64,000 nucleotides of DNA, taken from contig JBBTQI010000003.1 in the NCBI GenBank assembly GCA_038078835.1, positions 2,196 to 66,195 of the forward strand, given 5' to 3'. A program made the translations under genes and the position numbers. Numbering within the stretch: position 1 is the first letter of the stretch; each line of letters opens with the position of its first letter. The stretch is from Patescibacteria group bacterium (GTDB lineage: Bacteria; Patescibacteriota; UBA1384; XYA2-FULL-43-10; 1-14-0-10-43-13). The notes beneath the pieces were generated by a model. It had not been told where the DNA came from, made no database searches, and worked only from the letters and a program-made list of their open reading frames with translations. Shown in pieces: positions 26,598 to 36,235 of this stretch.

Positions 26598-27740
26598 ATG
26601 ACCGAATTGGAAAAAATTCACTCTGTTGAAGATTATTTCACCACGATCGTTCCGCCGGAGCGAGGCGGGGTCTTGCAGGAAAAATGGCAAGAGTTGCGTG
26701 CGACGGGCAAGATCGATGTTGAGAGTTTAGGCAAGATACCCGATAGCGAGGGACGATTTAGGGTTGTTGAGGCTCTGGCTTCCTTGATTGAAAAAGGTAA
26801 GATCAATGCAGAGGATATCTCCGACCTGATTGAATCCTTCGGCTACGAAGAGAGGAGTTCTATAAATTACAACGGTGCTCATGGCGTGGCCGGATTTTAC
26901 AGCGGCCACGTTCGGGTTCATAACAAGCTTTTTGAGCGCTACGCCGAGGGAGAATTTGCCGGGCAATATCGGCATGAACTCGATCACAATATCGCCCACG
27001 AGATCGCCCACGCCATCATCGAATATGCCGACAAAAGTGAGAATATTCAACTCGCCGCCACTGAAGGATTGGAGACCGAAGTAGAAACCCCTCTCGAGTT
27101 AATTGCAGAAGCTTTAGGAGGCATTGACATTGATGCCGAGTCAATCACTGTGCAGGAAACAAAAGGTGCTCCGGCCGTCAACCGAAAAGAGCGCTTGGCT
27201 GAGGCCTTGGCAGTCTATATCGCTTCCGGCGGAGAAGAAAACGAATTTTTAAGGCGGCGGATCAGTCTTATCCAAAAAGATCATCTGGAAACATTCTTTG
27301 TCGCGCCAGCAAGCAAAGAGCTGAGTTTGACTAACACAATTGCTCAGGCAACCGAAAGAGGAAGAGTATTAATCGCATCGACAAAAGCACTTTTTCAAGC
27401 CATAGACGACAATTGGGAGAGACTAAAAGCCGGCGCTAAATCCGCCGCTCAAGGCGATACTGAGATCGACGGCATCTTTGATCTCTGGGGTCCCGAGAGT
27501 CAGCTAAGCGACTTGACTCAAGCGGCAACATTTTCTCCGGCCGCATCAGCACCGTCTCAACAACCAACGGCACCGGCCGAAAATAAAGCCGCCGGACAGT
27601 CTGGCCGGAAAACAAACTCCATTAGCCATCTTCCCGGCGAAAAGGCGGGGCATTCAAACGAAGTACTAAGCGCCTTGGGGGGATTACTTAAATCTTTTGA
27701 GGAGATAAATCCGATAAAAATTACACCGGCCAGTGTTTAG
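26598..27740 (+). CDS. Putative zincin metalloprotease
   Basis: IAHEIAHAI (HExxH) plus downstream KERLAEALAVY; RBS GGAGG. Confidence 0.55.
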   Translation: MTELEKIHSVEDYFTTIVPPERGGVLQEKWQELRATGKIDVESLGKIPDSEGRFRVVEALASLIEKGKINAEDISDLIESFGYEERSSINYNGAHGVAGFYSGHVRVHNKLFERYAEGEFAGQYRHELDHNIAHEIAHAIIEYADKSENIQLAATEGLETEVETPLELIAEALGGIDIDAESITVQETKGAPAVNRKERLAEALAVYIASGGEENEFLRRRISLIQKDHLETFFVAPASKELSLTNTIAQATERGRVLIASTKALFQAIDDNWERLKAGAKSAAQGDTEIDGIFDLWGPESQLSDLTQAATFSPAASAPSQQPTAPAENKAAGQSGRKTNSISHLPGEKAGHSNEVLSALGGLLKSFEEINPIKITPASV

Positions 27741-28069
27741 GGGGCGGCATTGCGGAGCGAAATACGTCCTCTCGCCAAAACCAAACGTCCGGATTTTTTG
27801 GCGCTTCTGCTCAAGTGCCCGAGGGCAATACCTGAACTTAAATTGTAGCAACTAACGATAGCCGGACAGAAACCCTACTGTCAAGAGCGAGTAAGCACAA
27901 ATCAACGAGGCCGCCGGTATCAACACCGTCACGTCAAAATGAACCCATAGACATCACATCCGGAAAACGCACTAAAACTATCATTACCCTCACCCTAAAC
28001 CCTCTCCCTTTCGGGGAGAGGGAATAAGAGGGAGTGCGACCCTGTTGTATGACACCTGTGGTTACTCCC

Positions 28070-28099
28070 TTGACAAATTGGCAGCAAAATTGATATAAT
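28070..28099 (+). promoter_or_regulatory. Promoter of the AbiE operon
   Basis: TTGACA 28070-28075, 18-bp spacer, TG-n-TATAAT to 28099. Confidence 0.7.
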
Positions 28100-28128
28100 T
28101 TCATTAGATTATTAAAAATGATAATTTA

Positions 28129-28749
28129 ATGAAATACAATCAGCTCAGATTACAGATAAACAAGCCTTATTTCACGCTGGACGATCTGCGCTTGCGGGGA
28201 CTCAAGGTTTACAGCTACCAATTTTCTCTTTGGCAAAAAAGGGGATATATTAAACAGCTCAAGCGCGGCACATATGTCTTTGCGGACAAAGAGGACGAAC
28301 TAGCACCCCCCGAGATCTCCTTTCTTCTCTATCAGCCGAGCTATCTGAGCTTAGAAACAGCGCTAAACCATTATGGGCTGATTCCCGAGATCGTTCAGGC
28401 TCAAACCGCCGTCACCGCCAAAATCAATCGCCGCTTTAAAAACTCTTACGGTTCTTTTATTTATCGGCACTTGAAACCCTCTCTTTTTTTCGGCTACACC
28501 CCCGCGCAGACAAAATACGGAAAATATTTGCTGGCCGAACCGGAAAAGGCCCTGCTTGATTATCTGTATCTAAATTTGGGAAAAATAAATACCCAAAATG
28601 ATATCGAAAACTTGCGCCTGAATTGCCAAATCCTGCGAGAAATCATCACCAAAGGGAAACTTGACCGCTATCTTAAAATATTTGATAGCCGGAAACTCAA
28701 TCGAACAATTAACCAACTCTTAAGGCAATGCTCACCTACGAACAGCTGA
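28129..28749 (+). CDS. Type IV TA antitoxin, AbiEi-like
   Basis: LKRGTY, PSYLSLETALNHYGLIPE, AEPEKALLDYLY. Confidence 0.85.
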   Translation: MKYNQLRLQINKPYFTLDDLRLRGLKVYSYQFSLWQKRGYIKQLKRGTYVFADKEDELAPPEISFLLYQPSYLSLETALNHYGLIPEIVQAQTAVTAKINRRFKNSYGSFIYRHLKPSLFFGYTPAQTKYGKYLLAEPEKALLDYLYLNLGKINTQNDIENLRLNCQILREIITKGKLDRYLKIFDSRKLNRTINQLLRQCSPTNS

Positions 28750-29504
28750 AAAAATATTATTCCGATGGTCTAGCCGCTAAAATGCCGAAAAATATTTTAG
28801 TGGAGTATCTTCAGTATGAACTTCTTGACTCCCTCTTTAAACAAAAGAGGAGCGAGTTGCTGGTATTTATCGGCGGGACAGCAATCCGAATAATTTATGG
28901 CAGCAGCCGGTTTTCCGAGGATTTGGATTTTGACAACTTTGGCCTGCCGTTTGATGAATTTGAAGAAATTGTGGACAATGCGGGAAAAGATTTAGAGTTA
29001 AAGGGGTTCTCTGCTGAATTGCGCTTTGTCGAGAAGGGCGCCTACCACTGCTATTTAAAATTCCCGGAAATCCTCTATGACAACAACCTCTCCAGCTTGC
29101 TTCAGGAAAAAGTGCTCATTCGCCTTGATACAGTTAATAAAGAGCCCTCTTATCGGCCGGTTATTCATACTCTCAACAAATTTGATGTCTTTCGCAATAT
29201 TTTGGCGGCGCCGGCAGATATTATATTGGCCCAAAAACTGATCACGATTATGGAGCGCAAAAGGGAGAAGGGGCGGGATTTTTACGATGCCAGCTTTCTC
29301 CTTGGTCTGACTAAACCTGATTTTCTCTACATCAAAAAGACGACCGGACTAGCCCAGGATGAATTTGGGGGGAAATTTTTGGAACGTTTGAATCAGCTTG
29401 ATTTCAACTTTTTGGCCAAGGATGTGGAACCGTTTCTGGCCGCCCCGGAACAGTCGGAGCGGATTAAAAACTTTAAAGACTTTGTCGTCCCCCGCCTCCG
29501 CTAA
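28728..29504 (+). CDS. Type IV TA toxin, AbiEii nucleotidyltransferase
   Basis: FIGGTAIR, RFSEDLDF, KGRDFYD. Confidence 0.9.
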   Translation: MLTYEQLKKYYSDGLAAKMPKNILVEYLQYELLDSLFKQKRSELLVFIGGTAIRIIYGSSRFSEDLDFDNFGLPFDEFEEIVDNAGKDLELKGFSAELRFVEKGAYHCYLKFPEILYDNNLSSLLQEKVLIRLDTVNKEPSYRPVIHTLNKFDVFRNILAAPADIILAQKLITIMERKREKGRDFYDASFLLGLTKPDFLYIKKTTGLAQDEFGGKFLERLNQLDFNFLAKDVEPFLAAPEQSERIKNFKDFVVPRLR

Positions 29505-29580
29505 ACTGTGGCGAGCGGTTTTGTTTTGCGTCGAGCGTTTTGCTATAATCAAACAAGCAGGCTAATTAAGTTGAGGGGAA

Positions 29581-29976
29581 ATGCGCTATAAGGTACCGCA
29601 AAATATTGATATGCAGGACCGGATTTTAGGACCACTAACAATGGTCCAGTTTCTCTATGCCATCATTGGCGGCGGCCTCTGCTACTCCATCTTTATGACC
29701 GTCCCTCGGCCACTCTCTTATGTTTTTGTTGTGCCGCTCGCCCTTTTTACCTTTGCCCTAAGCTTTCTTAAGGTGAACGAGCGGCCATTCTTGGACTTCT
29801 TTCTAGCCGCCATCAACTACTATTCAACCCCCAAAAAGCGGATCTGGCACCACCATGCTGCCGATAACCTCAGTGTCACGATCTTTGAAGCGAAAGCAAA
29901 GAAGAGCGAGGTGCAAACTAAACATATTTCTCACGAGAAGATTGAAGAACTGGCCGGCAAATTAGACCAAACATAA
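29581..29976 (+). CDS. PrgI-family (VirB3-like) protein
   Basis: YKVPQNIDMQDRILGPLT..QF, two TM helices, ERPF. Confidence 0.8.
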   Translation: MRYKVPQNIDMQDRILGPLTMVQFLYAIIGGGLCYSIFMTVPRPLSYVFVVPLALFTFALSFLKVNERPFLDFFLAAINYYSTPKKRIWHHHAADNLSVTIFEAKAKKSEVQTKHISHEKIEELAGKLDQT

Positions 29977-30130
29977 CCAAAGTCAAAATTCAAATGTCAA
30001 ATGTCAAAATGATAAAGGATAAACACAGGGCAATAAGGCTGTAGTGCTAGTAAGGCAGTAGAGTATTTATGGCAGCCCTATTGCTTTACAGGCTTTACTT
30101 GCTTATTATTCGATATTCGGATTTTACAAA

Positions 30131-31189
30131 ATGTCCCAATTTTCAACTCAACAATCAATCGACATTGCCGGGATTAAGGAGGGTGTCGTCATCCTCAAGA
30201 ATGGCGGCTACCGCCTGATCTTTTCGGTGGCGGCAATTAACTTTGCCCTAAAGAGCGAGCAGGAACAGAACTCGATTATTTTCCAGTACCAAAGCTTTTT
30301 AAACTCCCTTCACTTCCCCATTCAGATCGTGATGAGATCCAAGCGTTTAGACCTCGACCCGTATTTGCAAAAAGTCTCCAAGCTGGCCGGAGATCAGCAA
30401 AACGAGTTATTGCGAATTCAAACTGAGGATTACGTCGACTTTGTCGGCAAACTCATCAATATCGCCAACATTATGAAAAAGACCTTCTACGCCGTCATCC
30501 CCTACCAGCCCCTCTCTCTCCAAAACACGGGCGCTCTGGGCAAACTGTTCCGGCGAGAAAAAACGGTGACAGAGCTTAAGATCTCTGAAACGGAGTTCAA
30601 TCATAATATCCAGGAGCTTAAACAGCGCGCCGGCGTTGTCGCCAGCGGCCTGGGCTCGATGGGCCTGCGCTGTGTTCAGCTCTCAACCGAGGAGGTCATT
30701 GAGCTCTTTTATCAAGTCTACAACCCCGAAGAAGCCGGAACGGAGAGAGTCAGCGATGCCGAGAGCCTGACCTCGCCCGTTGTCATTCACAAAAGCGAAG
30801 CGCCCGAAGAAGCCGGAGGTCAAAGGCCGGAAGGTGAAGGCGATAATACGGCCGAGAGCCTAAGGCCGAAGGCCGAAGGGGGTCAAGCTGAAGGCGAAAG
30901 GCCGGAGGCTGAAAGCCAAAGAGAAGAGGTAATTGACAATTCGGCCTCGGTACTGGCGCAACAAAAAGAACAAGCTATGCTCCACCGCCAGGAGATGATG
31001 AAGGAGGGAGAGCGCAATATAGCCCAAGGCCAAAGGCCGGAGGCTGAAGACGACAACACCCCCAATCCGCCACCGGCAACGCCCGAACCAATAACTCAAA
31101 CGCCGAATCAAACCACTACTCAAACAAATCAGCCCGACAACTCGAACCCCGAGGAACAGGATGAAACCCAACAGCACAAGCCCCAATAA
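30131..31189 (+). CDS. Conserved T4SS-locus protein (VirB4 N-terminal-like) with repeat-derived C-terminal extension
   Basis: STQ..IDIAGIKEGVVILK, INFALKSEQEQ, FLNSLHFPIQI, LSTEEVIELFY. Confidence 0.7.
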   Translation: MSQFSTQQSIDIAGIKEGVVILKNGGYRLIFSVAAINFALKSEQEQNSIIFQYQSFLNSLHFPIQIVMRSKRLDLDPYLQKVSKLAGDQQNELLRIQTEDYVDFVGKLINIANIMKKTFYAVIPYQPLSLQNTGALGKLFRREKTVTELKISETEFNHNIQELKQRAGVVASGLGSMGLRCVQLSTEEVIELFYQVYNPEEAGTERVSDAESLTSPVVIHKSEAPEEAGGQRPEGEGDNTAESLRPKAEGGQAEGERPEAESQREEVIDNSASVLAQQKEQAMLHRQEMMKEGERNIAQGQRPEAEDDNTPNPPPATPEPITQTPNQTTTQTNQPDNSNPEEQDETQQHKPQ

Positions 31190-31592
31190 AGGCTCCCTCC
31201 AATCCCCTCTCCTCCGAGAGGAGAGGGTGAGGGTGAGGAGAAAATTAAGAGTTAACTCAACTCCAGCTGAACAGATAATCTGGCACAAAATAAGATCAAG
31301 ACAATTAAACAACCTGAAGTTTCGGCGGCAACATCACTTTGGAAAATATATCGCCGATTTCTATTGCCCAGAGAAGAAATTGGTAATCGAGATCGATGGT
31401 GATGTTCATGATTTAGAATGTCAGAGAGAGCACGATAAAAAAAGAGGCCATTATTTAACGAGCTTAGGTTTGCGTGTCTTACACATTACCAATGATGAAG
31501 TGAGAAATAATCTTACAGGAGTACTAGAAAGCATCTTGCTGCAACCCCATCCCTCACCCCAACCCTCTCCCTTAAAAAGGGGGAGGGAGTAA
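31161..31592 (+). CDS. DUF559 (Vsr-like) endonuclease flanked by CCCTCACCC/GGGAGAGGG hairpins; true start may be later
   Basis: RRKLR...TPAE..IW, KFRRQH, YIADFYC, VIEIDG..H, G.RVLHITN.EV. Confidence 0.85.
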   Translation: MKPNSTSPNKGSLQSPLLREERVRVRRKLRVNSTPAEQIIWHKIRSRQLNNLKFRRQHHFGKYIADFYCPEKKLVIEIDGDVHDLECQREHDKKRGHYLTSLGLRVLHITNDEVRNNLTGVLESILLQPHPSPQPSPLKRGRE

Positions 31593-31602
31593 TAAGGTTT
31601 AT

Positions 31603-33441
31603 ATGGCAAATCCAGCTGATCAAAATATGACCGCCTCTCCGGATGCGCGAACGATTGCCCAAAGCAATGTCGAGGCGAGAGAAAAAGCATCCAAACTCGC
31701 CTTTTGGAAACAGAACGGCGAGGATTTCTCGCGGGGCGCAACCTCCGTCCGCGATATCATCGCGCCGGCCGCCTTTGTTGTGAACTCAAACTACCTTCAG
31801 ATCGGTCCGCACTATGCCCGCACCCTCTTTGTCTTTACCTATCCCCGCTACCTCGAAACCAACTGGCTCTCGCCCATTATTAATTACGATATTACCGTCG
31901 ATATGGGAATGTACATCCATCCGCTCGAGTCCAAGGATGTAATGCACCAGTTAAAGACCCAGGTCGGCAAACTTGAGTCGACGATGATGATCGAACAGGA
32001 GAAGGGCCAGCCGCGCGACCCGGAGATCGAAACGGCTCTCGGCGACGTTGAGGCCCTACGCGACGTCCTCCAGCGCGGCGAGGTCCGCCTCTTTCAGTTC
32101 GGGCTCTATTTTACACTCTACGCCAAGTCGCTCGAGGAGCTAAAAACCATGACTGAGCAGCTTGAATCTACCCTCGGCGGTCTCCTTATCTACACCAAAG
32201 AGTCGCTCTTTCAGATGGAGCAGGGTTTTACCGCCACCCTGCCCTTAATGCACGACAAACTGGAGATCCTGCGCAACCTTGACACCAGCTCTCTCTCCTC
32301 CACCTTCCCCTTCACCTCCTCTGAGCTGACCCAGGACGACGGCATCCTCTACGGCATCAACCGCCACAACAATTCGCTGATAATATTCGACCGGTTTCAT
32401 CTTGAGAATGCCAACAGCGTCGTCTTTGCCAAATCCGGTTCGGGTAAATCTTACTTTGTCAAGCTTGAAGCCCTGCGTTACCTGATGCTTGGCACCGATA
32501 TCATCATCGTCGACCCGGAGAAGGAGTACAAAACGCTCTGCGATGCCATCGGCGGCAGTTACCTTGACATCTCTCTTAACTCTGATAAACGGATAAACCC
32601 CTTTGATCTGCCCCTGAATCCCAAAGCGGAGGCCAATGAGACGGGCGAGGATGTCCTCCGCTCCAACATCGCCTCCCTTCACGGCCTGATTAATCTGATG
32701 GGCGGCGGCCTCTCGCCGGAGGAAGACGCGATCGTCGACAAGGCGCTCTACGAAACCTATGCCCTAAAGGATATTACCGCCGACCCGGAGAGCCAGAAGA
32801 ACGAACCGCCTCTGCTTCAGGATTTCTACAACGTTCTGGGCAATATGCAGGGCACCGACTCTCTCCGCGCCAAGCTCTCCAAATACACCGAGGGCTCCTT
32901 TGCCTCCCTCTACAACCAGCCGACCAACTTTGAATTGAAGCCCGGTATGGTCGTCTTCTCTGTGCGCGATCTGGAGGAACAGCTCCGTCCCCTGGCGATG
33001 TATATGATCTTAAACTATATCTGGACCAAGATCCGCCAAAATATGCGGCGGCGGATTATGATTATCGATGAAGCCTGGTGGATGATGCAGTTTGAAGATT
33101 CGGCCAAATTCCTTCACGGCCTGGCTAAGCGGGGCCGGAAGTATTACCTGGGCCTGACGATTATCAGCCAGGATGTCGAGGACTTTCTGGGTTCGCGCTA
33201 CGGCAAGGCGGTGGTGGCCAACTCCTCGATGCAGATCCTGATGAAACAGTCCACGGCGTCGATTGACGTTGTCGCCGATGTCTTTAACCTGACCGAGGGG
33301 GAAAAGTACCTCCTGCTCGAATCTGACGTCGGCGAGGGGCTCTTCTTTGCCGGCCTGAATCACGTCGCCGTCAAAGTCGTCGCCTCTTACGCCGAGGATC
33401 AGATCATCACCACCGATCCGAAGCAATTACTCGGAGAGTAA
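31603..33441 (+). CDS. virB4: VirB4-like type IV secretion ATPase
   Basis: Walker A AKSGSGKS, VDPEKEY, INPFDL, Walker B IIDEAW, RGRKY, ISQDVEDF. Confidence 0.88.
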   Translation: MANPADQNMTASPDARTIAQSNVEAREKASKLAFWKQNGEDFSRGATSVRDIIAPAAFVVNSNYLQIGPHYARTLFVFTYPRYLETNWLSPIINYDITVDMGMYIHPLESKDVMHQLKTQVGKLESTMMIEQEKGQPRDPEIETALGDVEALRDVLQRGEVRLFQFGLYFTLYAKSLEELKTMTEQLESTLGGLLIYTKESLFQMEQGFTATLPLMHDKLEILRNLDTSSLSSTFPFTSSELTQDDGILYGINRHNNSLIIFDRFHLENANSVVFAKSGSGKSYFVKLEALRYLMLGTDIIIVDPEKEYKTLCDAIGGSYLDISLNSDKRINPFDLPLNPKAEANETGEDVLRSNIASLHGLINLMGGGLSPEEDAIVDKALYETYALKDITADPESQKNEPPLLQDFYNVLGNMQGTDSLRAKLSKYTEGSFASLYNQPTNFELKPGMVVFSVRDLEEQLRPLAMYMILNYIWTKIRQNMRRRIMIIDEAWWMMQFEDSAKFLHGLAKRGRKYYLGLTIISQDVEDFLGSRYGKAVVANSSMQILMKQSTASIDVVADVFNLTEGEKYLLLESDVGEGLFFAGLNHVAVKVVASYAEDQIITTDPKQLLGE

Positions 33442-33497
33442 CATTGCCGAAGGCTGAAGGCCTAAAATAGTCGCCTTCGGCCTCAAGCAAATTATTA

Positions 33498-34748
33498 ATG
33501 TCTGAAAAACCAAACCAAAATCCTGTCGAGCCGAATCAAACAGTTGAGAACACAACTGAAGTTAAAAACACCGGTCTTTCCATAAAGACAATTTTGATAG
33601 TGGCTATCTGCTCATTCCTGCTCCTCTTTGGCGGCGGAGCCGCCATCGCCGTCCCCCTCGCCTTCCTCGGTCTCGTCGATCCCGGCGAACCCTCACCGCT
33701 TGCGGCAAAGATTTTCGGAAGTAGTGGAGATAATAGTTGCTGGCTATCAGATGATGCATTTAAAGACACAACTACTATCACGGAGGCTGATCAAATAGCA
33801 CGACTGATGGGTAACGACAGGAGACTATCGAATCCCCCAGAACAAAAAGATCGACTTAAAGTGATCATTGATGAGTCGAGAAGAAAAGTGGTCAATGATA
33901 AACAAACCGGCATAAACCCTGCGATCTTGGTTTCTTTTTGGGCGGGAGAACAGGGTTTCAGTTATGATTCTAACGATAAATATGACCCCGATCGCGATAT
34001 GAAAGCTTTTGGTTGTAGTGTCACTGGACCAGGCGTTAACAGCTATCCGTCATTTGAAGGACAAGTAAAATGTGTCCTAGATCAAGTTCAAAATGCAATC
34101 AACAAAGAGGGAAATTATAGGGAACCGGAAATTCCCGGTACCTGGGATCGTCTAATTTATCATTATATCGGCACAGAAGATCAGAAAGTTGCGCTAAAAA
34201 CTTATGGCCATGTCACCACCGCAAGTAATACCAGGATCAAAATATTGAAGAAGCTCGTCCCCGACCAAGTCACCTGTGCGGCAATTCAAGGTGCAAGCAC
34301 ATCAAATAAAATCGTTGGTGCCGCCCGCGGGCAAGTCGGATACAAGACTCAGAAATCAGATTGTGCCATTTACAACGAAAAAACTATCGACGAGAGCCGG
34401 CAGTATCAATGGTGCGTCAGTTTTGTCTCCTGGGTCTATCGCAAAGCCGGGCATAATGTTCCTCTTATGGTCGGTACCGAAGAGATTATGAATTATTTTA
34501 AAAACGAGCAAACGTGGATCGAAAGAAAAGATATTAAATCAGCAAACGATATTAAGGCCGGAGATGTCTTAATTGAAACCAGCGCCTCGAGCAGCAGCGG
34601 CAAGCATGCCGGGATTATTGATATCGAAAACGGCCGCTATTTCACCATTGAGGGCAACACCTCAAAAGATATGGTCGAGCGTCGAGAGATCGGTGATATG
34701 AACGCTTTTGTCAGGAATCTTGTCGACCTCGGCCGGATAAAGGAGTAG
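33498..34748 (+). CDS. Membrane-anchored CHAP-domain peptidoglycan hydrolase
   Basis: QWCVSFVSWVY..AG, GKHAGII, TIEGN. Confidence 0.8.
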   Translation: MSEKPNQNPVEPNQTVENTTEVKNTGLSIKTILIVAICSFLLLFGGGAAIAVPLAFLGLVDPGEPSPLAAKIFGSSGDNSCWLSDDAFKDTTTITEADQIARLMGNDRRLSNPPEQKDRLKVIIDESRRKVVNDKQTGINPAILVSFWAGEQGFSYDSNDKYDPDRDMKAFGCSVTGPGVNSYPSFEGQVKCVLDQVQNAINKEGNYREPEIPGTWDRLIYHYIGTEDQKVALKTYGHVTTASNTRIKILKKLVPDQVTCAAIQGASTSNKIVGAARGQVGYKTQKSDCAIYNEKTIDESRQYQWCVSFVSWVYRKAGHNVPLMVGTEEIMNYFKNEQTWIERKDIKSANDIKAGDVLIETSASSSSGKHAGIIDIENGRYFTIEGNTSKDMVERREIGDMNAFVRNLVDLGRIKE

Positions 34749-34749
34749 A

Positions 34750-36018
34750 ATGAAAAATGATATTTATCAATATCTGAACGCGCGGATATATTTGGCGCTC
34801 TTTGTGATGGTCTCGGCTCTCTTTGGCCTCTACTGGTTTGCGACTCACTCCTACCTCACCATCAAGGTCACGCCGCCGGACGCTATGGTCACGATCAATA
34901 ACGCGCCGGTCTCGCTCTCCGCCGCCGGCAAAATAAAACGGGCTCTCGCGCCGGGCGCCTACTCGCTTCGGATTGAGGCTGACGGCTACGTCGGCTATAT
35001 CGAGGAGGTTGCCCTCAAACGAACTCAGCGCAAAACCGTCTCGGCCAGCCTCACGGAGGCGCCAAAGGTCCAGACTCTGGCGGAATCAGCGAAATTCCTC
35101 TCCGCCGGGCCGGACTTTAACACCATCCACTATCTGGGCGATGATGGCAGAACGCTCTACCGCGCCAAGACAACACTGGAAAACGGCGAGGTCAAACTCA
35201 AAGAGCACCTCCCGATAACCGAGCCGCGGTTCTCCGGCCTTGAGGAGATTGTCTGGTCGCCCGGCAAGGAGCTGGCTCTCCTGCGCAAGAGCGAGGGCAT
35301 CTATCTCTTCGATTTTAAAAAATACGATTTTATCAATCAAACCGAGACATTGTGGGCCAAGAGCGCCGGCAGTCTTGCCTGGTCGCCGGACAACTCCAAA
35401 ATCGCCTATTATTACGCCGACGACAAGGAGAAATCATTAATCTTTACTAATATTGCCAACACCGAACCGGTACGGGTGGCTAATCTGGCCGAGATGAATA
35501 TCGTCAATCCGATTCTGCGCTGGTCGCCGGACTCCGAATGGCTCCTTGTCATACCTCGTAATACTTTTTCATACGATTTAAGCAAAGTTTATGCCTTTAA
35601 CGCCTACAGTCGCTCCTTTATCGAACTGACGGAAACGGGCAGCCAGCTTGACGCCAGCTTCTCGCCGGACGGCAACAGAATCATCTACGGCACGTATTCG
35701 GAGCTCTCCAGCAATCCCGTCACTTCTCTAATATCGATTATGGATAAAGACGGCGCAAACAAACGCTCGCTTAATTTACGCGCCGATATCAGCCGGATGG
35801 CCTGGAAAAAAGACAGTAAAACCTTAGTCGCGGCGACTTATAATCCCTCAAGTCACAAAGAGTCGCTCTTTGGCTTTGACACCGAGAAGAAGCAGAAGAT
35901 TGATTTCTCCGTTAATGCTCTTGATTCGGGTTACATCCGCACTCTGGCCATTTCTGACGACGAAAAGATCATCATTTTTGAGTCGGGGAACGGGATATAC
36001 GGCATCGCAATAGAGTAA
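34750..36018 (+). CDS. PEGA-domain plus TolB/WD40-like beta-propeller protein
   Basis: VTPPDAMVTIN..PGAYSLRIEADGY; repeated WSPG/WSPD/FSPDG blades. Confidence 0.8.
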   Translation: MKNDIYQYLNARIYLALFVMVSALFGLYWFATHSYLTIKVTPPDAMVTINNAPVSLSAAGKIKRALAPGAYSLRIEADGYVGYIEEVALKRTQRKTVSASLTEAPKVQTLAESAKFLSAGPDFNTIHYLGDDGRTLYRAKTTLENGEVKLKEHLPITEPRFSGLEEIVWSPGKELALLRKSEGIYLFDFKKYDFINQTETLWAKSAGSLAWSPDNSKIAYYYADDKEKSLIFTNIANTEPVRVANLAEMNIVNPILRWSPDSEWLLVIPRNTFSYDLSKVYAFNAYSRSFIELTETGSQLDASFSPDGNRIIYGTYSELSSNPVTSLISIMDKDGANKRSLNLRADISRMAWKKDSKTLVAATYNPSSHKESLFGFDTEKKQKIDFSVNALDSGYIRTLAISDDEKIIIFESGNGIYGIAIE

Positions 36019-36232
36019 ATCTCAAACAACAAGCACCAAATATCAAATAATTTCCAAATCACAAACCTCAAATAACAAATAAATTCCAGATTGCAATTAC
36101 CAGCTACAAAAGCGTTTGAAAATTAGAGATTGGGACTTGGAACTTATCTAAGATTTGTTATTTGGGATTTAAATTTTACTTGTGGTTTGGTGCTTGGTAT
36201 TTGAGGTTTCTCCGCTTTGGCGGAGAGGAGGG
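36017..36232 (+). mobile_element. ~215-bp palindromic MITE-like element, copy 1
   Basis: CAAGCACCAAA...TTTGGTGCTTG arms; highly similar copy at 54571-54791. Confidence 0.7.
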
Positions 36233-36235
36233 GTT

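Noticed and set aside
27741-28128. Possible ncRNA in a long intergenic gap
   Set aside because: Only a repeat hairpin and a promoter are recognisable; no known RNA motif.
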